DNA from: Elusimicrobiota bacterium
Lineage (GTDB): Bacteria > CG03 > SLGR01 > JBDRKX01
Length of the DNA stretch: 24,144 nucleotides
Reading direction: 5' to 3'
NCBI GenBank assembly: GCA_043813605.1
Contig: JBDRKX010000124.1
Coordinates: 1-24,144 of the forward strand
In this document: piece after piece, positions 1-8,319 of the stretch
Layout: every line of letters starts with the position of its first letter
How positions within the stretch are numbered: the first letter of the stretch is position 1
Position numbers and translations under genes: made by a program
The notes under the pieces: generated by a model
The model's input: only the letters and a program-made list of their open reading frames with translations
The model's database searches: none
What the model was told of the DNA's origin: nothing

Positions 1-2
1 AT

Positions 3-1799
3 GAAGGTTACTATATCGCGGACGCTCATAATGCAGGATTAGCAATCAGAAGATTATCGATCATAGACCTGCACACAGGCCATCAGCCTATTCACAATGA
101 AGATAAGACTGTATGGGTAGTCCTAAACGGTGAAATATATAATTATAAGGAATTAAGAGATGACCTTGCGGCCAGAGGCCATGTTTTTTATACGGAGTCT
201 GATACTGAGGTTATTGTGCATTTGTGGGAAGAATATCGGGAAAAGTTATTAGAATATCTAAGGGGGATGTTTGCCATAGCCTTGTGGGATGAAAAAGATG
301 AGGTCCTTTTTCTGGCGCGGGACCGTCTGGGACAGAAACCTTTAGTGTATTCATTTGTTGATAATACATTAATATTCGCATCTGAAATAAAGGCACTGCT
401 GGAATATCCGGGGATCAAACGGGAAATTAATTTAAGAGCAATTGATAATTATCTTTCACTTAAATATATACCTGCTCCGGATACGATATTCCGGGATATT
501 AAAAAGCTGGAGCCTGCTGCATACCTTATTTATAAAAAAGACAGGTTACATAAGATCTCAAAATACTGGGCCCCTGATTTAACTATAAAAAGAGATATGG
601 ATCTGAACGAGTCTTCTGAGATACTGTTATGCATGATAAAAGAATCAATAAAGCTGCGTCTAAGAAGCGATGTCCCTTTGGGCGTTTTTCTTTCAGGAGG
701 ACTCGATTCGTCAGTTTTGGTGGCTCTCATGAGTGGAATGACCGAAAATAGAATTAAAACATATTCGATAGGATTTGATGAAGAAGATTTTTCAGAATTG
801 AAATATGCAAGAATAATTGCAGAACGTTATGGTACAGAACATAATGAGATCACTGTAAAACCCAGATCAAAAGATATTTTGCATAAAATAGCATGGCACT
901 ATGATGAACCGTTCGGGGACTCGTCAGCAATACCAAGCTATTATGTTTCGCACGAGACACAAAAACATGTTAAAGTTGCATTAAGCGGGGATGCCGGCGA
1001 TGAAAATTTTGCCGGGTATAGCCGGTATGAGAATTTTTTAAGGTTAAGGAACAGGATTTATGATCCGGTGTCCGGGATACTGGGAAGATATCCGAATAAA
1101 CTACTGAATATCCTGCCATACGATAGAACAGGCTGCGGTTCATTTTCCAGGTTCGGCAGTTATCTTAACAGGATAACGCTTGGAGTGCCGGAAAGATATT
1201 TTGATAATATGGCGGTATTCAACGATAATGATAAGAAAGAACTCTATTTATCGTCAATAAATACAGATATTATGAAACAGAGGGGAGCAGGATATATTGA
1301 AAATATATTTAAAGACTATACAGAAAATGATCTTATTAACAGAATGTTATATACAGATATGAACAGCTATCTTCCGCAGCAGCTGCTTGTTAAAATGGAT
1401 ATAGCAAGCATGATGAACTCACTGGAAGTACGCAGTCCATTTATTGACCATAATATTGTCGAATACTCACTGAAGATACCGGGTAAATATAAAATCAATA
1501 AAGGAGTAAGAAAGTACATTTTGAAAAAAGCGTTAAAAGATATTTTGCCGGAAGATGTCTTAAAAAGGTCCAAACAGGGATTCAGTGTTCCAGTAGACGA
1601 ATGGTTCAGGAACGATTGGAAGGACTATTTCAAAGAAACAGTATTATCTGAGCAAGCATGTAAACGCGGATATTTCAACAAAGGGTATATCGAGAAAATA
1701 TTTAATCTCCATCTGGAGAGAAAATCGCAGAATGGAGCGAGATTATGGAATCTTCTTATGCTGGAACTCTGGCACAGGGAATTCATTGATAATCAATAG
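3..1799 (+). CDS. asnB: Asparagine synthase (glutamine-hydrolysing)-family amidotransferase, probably a glycan amidotransferase; 5' end lies upstream of the window
   Basis: The frame is open from base 3 (EGYY...GLAIRRLSIIDLHTGHQPIHNEDKTVWVVLNGEIYNY...ESDTEVIVHLW), so the ORF-track start at 216 is internal. Motifs: RLSIID, NGEIYN, RGMFA, ARDRLGQKPL, SGGLDSS (PP-loop), DEPFGDSS, SGDAGDENFAGY, LEVRSPFID, KQGF. The symbol denotes family only. Confidence 0.93.
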   Translation, partial: EGYYIADAHNAGLAIRRLSIIDLHTGHQPIHNEDKTVWVVLNGEIYNYKELRDDLAARGHVFYTESDTEVIVHLWEEYREKLLEYLRGMFAIALWDEKDEVLFLARDRLGQKPLVYSFVDNTLIFASEIKALLEYPGIKREINLRAIDNYLSLKYIPAPDTIFRDIKKLEPAAYLIYKKDRLHKISKYWAPDLTIKRDMDLNESSEILLCMIKESIKLRLRSDVPLGVFLSGGLDSSVLVALMSGMTENRIKTYSIGFDEEDFSELKYARIIAERYGTEHNEITVKPRSKDILHKIAWHYDEPFGDSSAIPSYYVSHETQKHVKVALSGDAGDENFAGYSRYENFLRLRNRIYDPVSGILGRYPNKLLNILPYDRTGCGSFSRFGSYLNRITLGVPERYFDNMAVFNDNDKKELYLSSINTDIMKQRGAGYIENIFKDYTENDLINRMLYTDMNSYLPQQLLVKMDIASMMNSLEVRSPFIDHNIVEYSLKIPGKYKINKGVRKYILKKALKDILPEDVLKRSKQGFSVPVDEWFRNDWKDYFKETVLSEQACKRGYFNKGYIEKIFNLHLERKSQNGARLWNLLMLELWHREFIDNQ

Positions 1800-1808
1800 G
1801 TTATTAGA

Positions 1809-2879
1809 GTGAAAAAAAAGGTTCTATTTATTATCCATTCGATCCACGGCGGCGGGGCCCAGAAACAAATGCAGTATATAATAAGGAATCTGGACAGGAA
1901 CAGGTATGATCCCTATTTATGTGTATTTAAGATAACAGGCGCAGACGCCGATGTGCTCCCTGCCGGAATCAGGATATACGACCTAAGTACAAAACTACAT
2001 CCTGCAACACTGTTTTTAACCCTTAAATTAATGAGGCTTCTTATCAGGCTTAAGCCTGATAAGGTGCTGTCGTTCATGTGGAGCGCAAATATTGTAAGTC
2101 TATTGGCGACATCGTTTTTTAAGATCAGCATGGTGATCTCAGAGAGGATATATACACCTTTAAGTATAAAAAAATACTCTTTTTGGAAGATAAAAAGAAG
2201 GATGATATCCAGTTTATACAAAAGAGCCTCAAAAATTATAGCAGTGTCTGATGATGTAAAAAAAGGACTTGTGGATGAGTTCTTTATACCGGAAAATCTG
2301 ATACATGTTATCAATAATGGCATTAATAGTATAACCATAGAAAAGCTGTCAAATGAATATGAAGTAGAACTTAAGGATTATGTCTTTGCATGCGGTACGC
2401 TTGAGAAGAAAAAGAATTTTTCACTGCTGATAGATGCGATGAAAGATATGAAGGGAAAACCCCTTGTTATATTGGGGAAAGGTTCCCAGGAGTCTTTATT
2501 AAGGAGAAAAGCCGAAGAAAATATGGTGAACCTGGTATTGCCCGGATACCTTGAGAACCCGTATCCGTATTTTAAGAACGCAGGATGTTTTGTGTTAACT
2601 TCAGAGTATGAAGGGTTTCCTAATGTGATACTCGAATCAATGGCGCTGGAAGTGCCTGTGGTCAGTGTCGATTGCCCCGGAGGCATTAAAGAGATAATAA
2701 AAGACGGAAAAGATGGATCGATTGTTGATGCAGGTGATGCACATGGTCTGGCGGTAGCGATAAAAAAAATATTGGAAGAGAAAGAATATAGAGATTTAAT
2801 AATAAGAAATGCGAAGGAGAAGGTTAAGAATTTCAGCTTAGATAGCATGATAAAAAAATATGAAGATATTATTAGTTAA
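1809..2879 (+). CDS. GT4 (GT-B fold) glycosyltransferase, PglJ/WabH-like
   Basis: GTG start; N-terminal VLFIIHSIHGGGAQK; SER and IAVS motifs; C-terminal NPYPYF...SEYEGFPNVILESMA (EX7E) and DCPGG. Confidence 0.9.
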   Translation: MKKKVLFIIHSIHGGGAQKQMQYIIRNLDRNRYDPYLCVFKITGADADVLPAGIRIYDLSTKLHPATLFLTLKLMRLLIRLKPDKVLSFMWSANIVSLLATSFFKISMVISERIYTPLSIKKYSFWKIKRRMISSLYKRASKIIAVSDDVKKGLVDEFFIPENLIHVINNGINSITIEKLSNEYEVELKDYVFACGTLEKKKNFSLLIDAMKDMKGKPLVILGKGSQESLLRRKAEENMVNLVLPGYLENPYPYFKNAGCFVLTSEYEGFPNVILESMALEVPVVSVDCPGGIKEIIKDGKDGSIVDAGDAHGLAVAIKKILEEKEYRDLIIRNAKEKVKNFSLDSMIKKYEDIIS

Positions 2880-4242
2880 ACCAAGTATCAAGATGAGTGA
2901 TCATATTCAGCCTCCGCTCGGTCTGGGTTATATAGCATCAAGCATAAAAGATAAACATAAAGTTGAAATACTTGATCTTCCAAGATATAATGGTGCTCTC
3001 AAATATTTTGATCAGTATATGACAAGGCTTCAGCCGGATATAATCGGTTTCCAGTGCTATACATCGGAGGTTTCTACAGTAAGGGAACTGCTTATTATGG
3101 CAAAAAGCAAGAATCCTGATTTTATCACAATAGCCGGCGGTCCGCACCCTACGCTCTTGCCGGACGAGACATTAGAATATTTTGGAGGCAATATAGACTA
3201 CCTCTTGAGGGGAGAAGTAGAAAAAGGATTTAAGAGGCTGCTGGATAATCTTGAGTGTCAGAGAGATCTTAGTGATGTGCCCGGGTTGGTATGGAACGAA
3301 AACGGCAGAATAAACAGGAATCCTCCCCAGCTTATTGATGACCTGGATTCCATTGCTCTTCCTGCATGGGACCTGATAAGGCCACAAGAATATCCACCGG
3401 CACAACATGGGGCTTTTTTTAGAAGATTCCCGATTGCACCGATAATAACCACCAGGGGGTGTCCATTCTCATGCATTTTCTGTTCTGCGCCGGTAATCAG
3501 CGGAAAAAAAGTACGTACAAGGTCGGTAGATAATATTATTAAAGAAATAAAATTGTTATATAACGAATTCGGTATAAGGGAGATCCATATTGTAGATGAT
3601 AATTTTACTATAAATAAAGATCATGCCAAAAATGTATTAAACGGGATAATCAGAGCTGACCTGGATATCTCCATTGCATTCCCGAATGGAGTCAGGATAG
3701 AGAGTCTTGACAGTGAGCTTATCATGTTAATGAAGAGAAGCGGTGTTTATCTGGTATCGCTGGGGATAGAGTCTGGAAATGATGAAGTGCTGAAATCCAT
3801 GAATAAACAACTCACTGTCGGGTTGATAGAAGAGAAAATAGATATTATAAAAAAATATGATATCGATATCGCCGGATTCTTTGTTATCGGGTTTTCTGGT
3901 GAAACAGAAGACACAATTAAAAGGACAATAGATTTTTCAATCAAGCTGCCTTTGATAAGAGCTAATTATTTCGAATTTATACCATTGCCCGGTACCGAAT
4001 TATACAGATCATTATTGACTAAAGGAGAGATTAGAGAAGTTGACTGGGCCAGGTATCTGTTTATCACAACTCCGTTTGTGCCGAAAGATATGACAAAAAA
4101 GACATTGAGGAATTTGCAGAGGCTTGCATTTGCAAGGTTTTACCTAAGGCCTCGTATTCTTTTTAAGAACATCCTGCAGATAAAGTCACTTGTACATTTG
4201 AAGTATCTGATCAAGAGGTTTTACCATTGGATAATAATGTAA
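2860..4242 (+). CDS. Cobalamin-binding-domain radical SAM protein (class B methyltransferase-like)
   Basis: N-terminal B12-domain motifs PPLGLGYIAS, AGGPHPT and RGEVE; radical SAM TRGCPFSCIFC (CxxxCxxC), DDNF, LGIESG, FVIGFSGET and PLPGT. Overlaps the upstream gene by 20 nt. Confidence 0.92.
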   Translation: MKILLVKPSIKMSDHIQPPLGLGYIASSIKDKHKVEILDLPRYNGALKYFDQYMTRLQPDIIGFQCYTSEVSTVRELLIMAKSKNPDFITIAGGPHPTLLPDETLEYFGGNIDYLLRGEVEKGFKRLLDNLECQRDLSDVPGLVWNENGRINRNPPQLIDDLDSIALPAWDLIRPQEYPPAQHGAFFRRFPIAPIITTRGCPFSCIFCSAPVISGKKVRTRSVDNIIKEIKLLYNEFGIREIHIVDDNFTINKDHAKNVLNGIIRADLDISIAFPNGVRIESLDSELIMLMKRSGVYLVSLGIESGNDEVLKSMNKQLTVGLIEEKIDIIKKYDIDIAGFFVIGFSGETEDTIKRTIDFSIKLPLIRANYFEFIPLPGTELYRSLLTKGEIREVDWARYLFITTPFVPKDMTKKTLRNLQRLAFARFYLRPRILFKNILQIKSLVHLKYLIKRFYHWIIM

Positions 4243-5492
4243 AAGTCAAGAAATTTCTGATAGCAGTTTTTATTGCTGCGGTAGTTATAAGGCTCGTTTA
4301 TCTATTCGGGTTTACGGATATATACAGCTGGCAGGGTGATGACAGGATATATCATGAATATGCACAGAGTATTCTTTCAGGTGAATGGGTAAGTACAACG
4401 AAATATTTTGACAGGATGCCGTTTTATCCGATATTTCTTGCTGCCGTATATTTTTTATTCGGACAATCGGTGCTGATCGCAAAGATAGTACAAATAGTAT
4501 TATTCGGCGGTACTACATGTATAATGATATATTTCCTGGGGATGAGAGTCTTTAATCAAAGAATCGGGATCTGCGCAGCTGTGTATTCAATCATATATTA
4601 TGGCTTAATACGTATGGGGGGCTATCTTTACACTGAAACACTTTATACATTTCTCTTAGGATCAGCCGCTTATTTACTCTACATGTCATATATGAGCGGG
4701 TTTAATAATAAAAGATATATGGTTTCTTCAGGAGTCTTGATCGCATTGACCACATTGACTCGGCCGTTAACCGTGATACTGCCTGTATTGATTGTTTTCT
4801 GGCTGATAATACTGCGAAAAGGGACTTTCATCGAAAATGTAAAACGGTTTTTATGGATATTAATACCGATGTTGTTGTTATATACACCATGGGTCATGCG
4901 AAATTATTATGTATACAGGGCTTTTGTGCCCACAATGATAGAAACAGGATATGCGTTCTATTCATACAATGTCGCTATTCCCGGAAGAGAAATGGGTATT
5001 GAAAAAGAAAATAAAGAACAGGAATATACGGAAGATTTGATTAAAACCGATAAAAAGTATCTTGAATATGCTATGAATTTTTTAAAAAGACAAAAACCGA
5101 AATATTTTATAAAACTGATTATTGTAAAATTCGGTTTGCTCTTATATCCATTCTTACCCAACTATGATATTACATTCGGATATATTTTTCCTTTTTTTAT
5201 GTATGGAATATATGGGGTTTTTAAAGAAAAGAAGACAGGTTCCTATATATTATTGCTGGTTGTATGTAATTTACTGATACAGACCGCGCTGTTCTCAGGG
5301 CTGCCGAGATTCAGAGCGCCTATGGCGCCTATATATATAATTTTTGCTTTTTATGGTCTGGATAAATTATATAAAAAGATTAATATAAGAACCTTTAGTC
5401 TGGGTGCGGGATGCTGGGGATTAATAAATATTATGTTTCTGTTTTTTTCATCGCATATCAGGGCTTTTGTCCGGATATTTTGGAGCTTGTGA
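4227..5492 (+). CDS. GT-C fold polytopic membrane glycosyltransferase (ArnT/PMT_2, GT39/GT83-like)
   Basis: Many hydrophobic segments; acidic motif after TM1 (WQGDDRIY), then RMPFYPIFLA, YTETLY, TLTRP, PWVMRNY and LPRFRAP. TTG start overlaps the radical SAM gene; exact start uncertain. Confidence 0.82.
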   Translation: MDNNVKVKKFLIAVFIAAVVIRLVYLFGFTDIYSWQGDDRIYHEYAQSILSGEWVSTTKYFDRMPFYPIFLAAVYFLFGQSVLIAKIVQIVLFGGTTCIMIYFLGMRVFNQRIGICAAVYSIIYYGLIRMGGYLYTETLYTFLLGSAAYLLYMSYMSGFNNKRYMVSSGVLIALTTLTRPLTVILPVLIVFWLIILRKGTFIENVKRFLWILIPMLLLYTPWVMRNYYVYRAFVPTMIETGYAFYSYNVAIPGREMGIEKENKEQEYTEDLIKTDKKYLEYAMNFLKRQKPKYFIKLIIVKFGLLLYPFLPNYDITFGYIFPFFMYGIYGVFKEKKTGSYILLLVVCNLLIQTALFSGLPRFRAPMAPIYIIFAFYGLDKLYKKINIRTFSLGAGCWGLINIMFLFFSSHIRAFVRIFWSL

Positions 5493-5497
5493 GATAT

Positions 5498-6316
5498 ATG
5501 CCTGATAGAAAAATAAATAGAAGACTGATCCGGGAAATTGAGATAATATTCAAGAATTGTCCCAAAAATGTTTTTCACGAAAGTCTCGAAATCGGTGCCG
5601 GGGACGGAGCACAGAGCGTTTTGCTCAAAAAGTATACTGAGCATCTTTACGCCGTTGACTATAATGTTAAAAGATTAAGACAAGAAAACAGTCCCGGGAT
5701 TACTTACAAGATATGTGATGCTGAAAAAATAGATTCTTATTTCAATAACAAACAGTTTGATTTTGTATTTTCTTCAAGTCTGCTTGAACATTTACCGAAT
5801 GTTGGTATGACACTGAATGGTATCAGCAGGATTCTGAAAGATGACGGGATAACGATTCATTGCATGCCGAACCCTCTCTGGAAAATTCTTAATATCTTAC
5901 TGTTTTATCCCAATATGGCAAGAAGAATAATTGAGGTGTTATTCAGGCCGGGCAGAGTAAAAGAGTTTATTGTGAGAAAGGTAAAAAAAGGCATTATAAG
6001 AGTAGAGATAGATGAGTCAGTTAATAATAACCCCAAGATAAAATCCCGCAAATACAGCCGGTTATGGCCGACCATACACGGGGCATATGAAAATCATATA
6101 CATGAGATATTGTCATACAGGAAGAAGAATTGGATAAAAATATTCGAAAATTCAGGTTATGATATATATAAAATATTACCGGGTCCGGTCAGTACCGGGT
6201 ATCAGTTCCGATTCAGCATATTGAAAAGAATTATTGAAAAAATGAGTATTTCTACAGAATATATCTATCTGGCAATAAAAAGGGGGAACAGCAGCGAGTA
6301 TACAAAATACATATAA
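5498..6316 (+). CDS. Class I SAM-dependent methyltransferase
   Basis: Motif I LEIGAGDG, AVDY, CDAE, FDFVFSSSLLEH, RILKDDG. Start moved from the ORF-track 5411 to ATG 5498, 5 nt after the upstream stop, avoiding an 82-nt overlap. Confidence 0.85.
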   Translation: MPDRKINRRLIREIEIIFKNCPKNVFHESLEIGAGDGAQSVLLKKYTEHLYAVDYNVKRLRQENSPGITYKICDAEKIDSYFNNKQFDFVFSSSLLEHLPNVGMTLNGISRILKDDGITIHCMPNPLWKILNILLFYPNMARRIIEVLFRPGRVKEFIVRKVKKGIIRVEIDESVNNNPKIKSRKYSRLWPTIHGAYENHIHEILSYRKKNWIKIFENSGYDIYKILPGPVSTGYQFRFSILKRIIEKMSISTEYIYLAIKRGNSSEYTKYI

Positions 6317-6317
6317 A

Positions 6318-6352
6318 CTGATAGAATTACTAAAAGTCTGTAAAATTATAAT
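6318..6352 (+). promoter_or_regulatory. Candidate sigma70-type promoter upstream of the ABC transporter
   Basis: CTGATA (6318-6323), 17 nt, TAAAAT (6341-6346), directly followed by TATAAT (6347-6352), in a ~100-nt intergenic gap. The AT-rich background weakens this call. Confidence 0.3.
6333..6342 (+). repeat. 10-bp direct repeat copy 1 (AAAGTCTGTA)
   Basis: Identical to 8238-8247; the two copies flank the ABC transporter gene. Confidence 0.35.
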
Positions 6353-6419
6353 TTAGATGTTGGTTGAAAAGATCACATTGCCCGGGTCCTAAGTGCAGCA
6401 GAAGAAGAGGAAATGAAGA

Positions 6420-8222
6420 ATGTTTAAAAGTATTCTAAAAAATATAAAAATATTGACTGCGCATTTTAATAGATTCCGCTGGAATTTTGTCATTATGGTT
6501 TTTCTGGATATGATAGGGAATATATTCATGAGTTTAGGGTTATTGCTGTTTCTCCCTCTTTTATCCGAATTGCTGAATTCAGTTCCTACGCATAATCTCA
6601 TACAGAATATAATAAGCGACTTTTTTGACATATTGAGAATCAAGATTACAGTTTCCAATATTGCATTATTTATGATCGGATTGTCATTGGTTAAAGCCGG
6701 GTTTTTCTATTATAGCGGATTGTATGAGGTGAAATTTACAAATCACTACAGGGTGGATATGATAGAAAGGCTTTTTGCAAGTTATCAGAGGCTGAAATGG
6801 AGACATTATATTGAACAGCGCCGGGGGTATCTGATGGACTACATACTGAATGTTCCTGTGCGTAATATGACACTCTTGACAAACCTTGTATCCGGTGTTT
6901 CTGCGATAATTGCCATGGGTGTATATATGTGCTTTGCATTTCTCGTGTCTTGGCGGATTACGGTTTTCGCAGTGATATTTGTGCTGTTTTCACAGATCGT
7001 ATATACGATGCTATTAGTGAAAATCAAAGGGTATGGTCAGGTACTTCTTCGCGCATCGAATGATCTTGCAAAACTCGTGGAAGAATATCTTCTCGGTTAT
7101 AAGGCTGTGAGAACATACGGTGTAGCCAGGAATGTTGAAGAAAAAGTGAATAATGAAGCAACCGTGAGAATGGATAATATTATTAATATTGCCAGATTGG
7201 AAGTGGGATACAAAGTACTGGCTAATTTTTTTATAACTTTTATACTGCTCGGATTGCTGGTTCTGTTTGTCGATTTTCTGGAATATCCGCTGAGTGAGAT
7301 ACTCGTTGTCTGTTTATTCCTGGGAAAGTTGATATTAAAATCAAGATCGCTGAGAGTATTCGGAAAAGTAGCTGCTTTTATGCCTGGAATTCAGAAAATT
7401 GAAGATATGCTGAATGAATTCAACTTGAATCAGGAAACAGCACTTGTCAGTGGAATAAAAGTGACGGATTTAAAGGATAAAATAGAATACCGGAATGTGA
7501 ATTATACTTATGATATAAACAATAACAGAATAAAAAAAGATACGGTTTTTGTGCTGAACGATATCAATTTTTACATAAAAAAAGGTACGATGACCGGAAT
7601 AATAGGCAGTTCTGGTGCAGGTAAGACAACCATCCTGGATCTTATGCTGGGGCTATTAAGTCCGAGTAGGGGATCAATATTCATAGATGGACAACCGCTT
7701 TCTGAACTGAATCTTACAAATTGGCACAGGTTGATAGGATATGTTCCACAGGAAGGATTTATAATAAACGGCACAATACTTGAGAATATAGCATTTCAGC
7801 GTGAAATATCAGAAGATGCGGCGGTAGAAGCAGCCAGACTGGCTAATTGTAATGAATTCATATCTAGTTTTAAAAATGGTCTCCATACTCATATCGGTGA
7901 CAGCGGTGTGAATCTATCAGGCGGCGAGCGGCAGCGGTTGTGTCTGGCAAGAGCTCTTGCCGGGCACCCTAAAATACTTATTATGGATGAAGCGACAAGT
8001 GCAATAGATTCCCGATCCGAGGAATATATAAAGAAGGCGCTAAGACAGCTAAAAGATAAGATTACTATTATCACTGTTGCTCATAGAATATCAACGATTA
8101 TTGATACGGATTATATAATTGTCATGGATGACGGCACAATTGTCGAAAAAGGTACAAGAGAAGAACTCCTGGCAAACAATAAGGGCATCTTTAATGAAAT
8201 GTACCGCAGGCAAAATGGTTGA
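6420..8222 (+). CDS. ABC exporter, fused TMD-NBD half-transporter (PglK/MsbA-like), probable lipid-linked oligosaccharide flippase
   Basis: About 6 N-terminal TM segments; Walker A GSSGAGKT, Q-loop YVPQE, signature LSGGERQR, Walker B ILIMDEATSAID, H-loop AHR. GAGG at 6407-6410 as RBS. The flippase role is inferred from context. Confidence 0.92.
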   Translation: MFKSILKNIKILTAHFNRFRWNFVIMVFLDMIGNIFMSLGLLLFLPLLSELLNSVPTHNLIQNIISDFFDILRIKITVSNIALFMIGLSLVKAGFFYYSGLYEVKFTNHYRVDMIERLFASYQRLKWRHYIEQRRGYLMDYILNVPVRNMTLLTNLVSGVSAIIAMGVYMCFAFLVSWRITVFAVIFVLFSQIVYTMLLVKIKGYGQVLLRASNDLAKLVEEYLLGYKAVRTYGVARNVEEKVNNEATVRMDNIINIARLEVGYKVLANFFITFILLGLLVLFVDFLEYPLSEILVVCLFLGKLILKSRSLRVFGKVAAFMPGIQKIEDMLNEFNLNQETALVSGIKVTDLKDKIEYRNVNYTYDINNNRIKKDTVFVLNDINFYIKKGTMTGIIGSSGAGKTTILDLMLGLLSPSRGSIFIDGQPLSELNLTNWHRLIGYVPQEGFIINGTILENIAFQREISEDAAVEAARLANCNEFISSFKNGLHTHIGDSGVNLSGGERQRLCLARALAGHPKILIMDEATSAIDSRSEEYIKKALRQLKDKITIITVAHRISTIIDTDYIIVMDDGTIVEKGTREELLANNKGIFNEMYRRQNG

Positions 8223-8237
8223 GACATATAAGTTTTG

Positions 8238-8247
8238 AAAGTCTGTA
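8238..8247 (+). repeat. 10-bp direct repeat copy 2 (AAAGTCTGTA)
   Basis: Identical to 6333-6342. Confidence 0.35.
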
Positions 8248-8319
8248 TCTGCATTCGTGCAAAATGAAATCTTATCATATTTTCTTGACGGGAATACCCC
8301 AAAGGCAATATTTCGGTAA

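Noticed and set aside
6413..6427. Tiny upstream ORF (MKNV) overlapping the ABC transporter start
   Set aside because: Only four codons, with the ATG too close to the GAGG for good initiation; likely chance.
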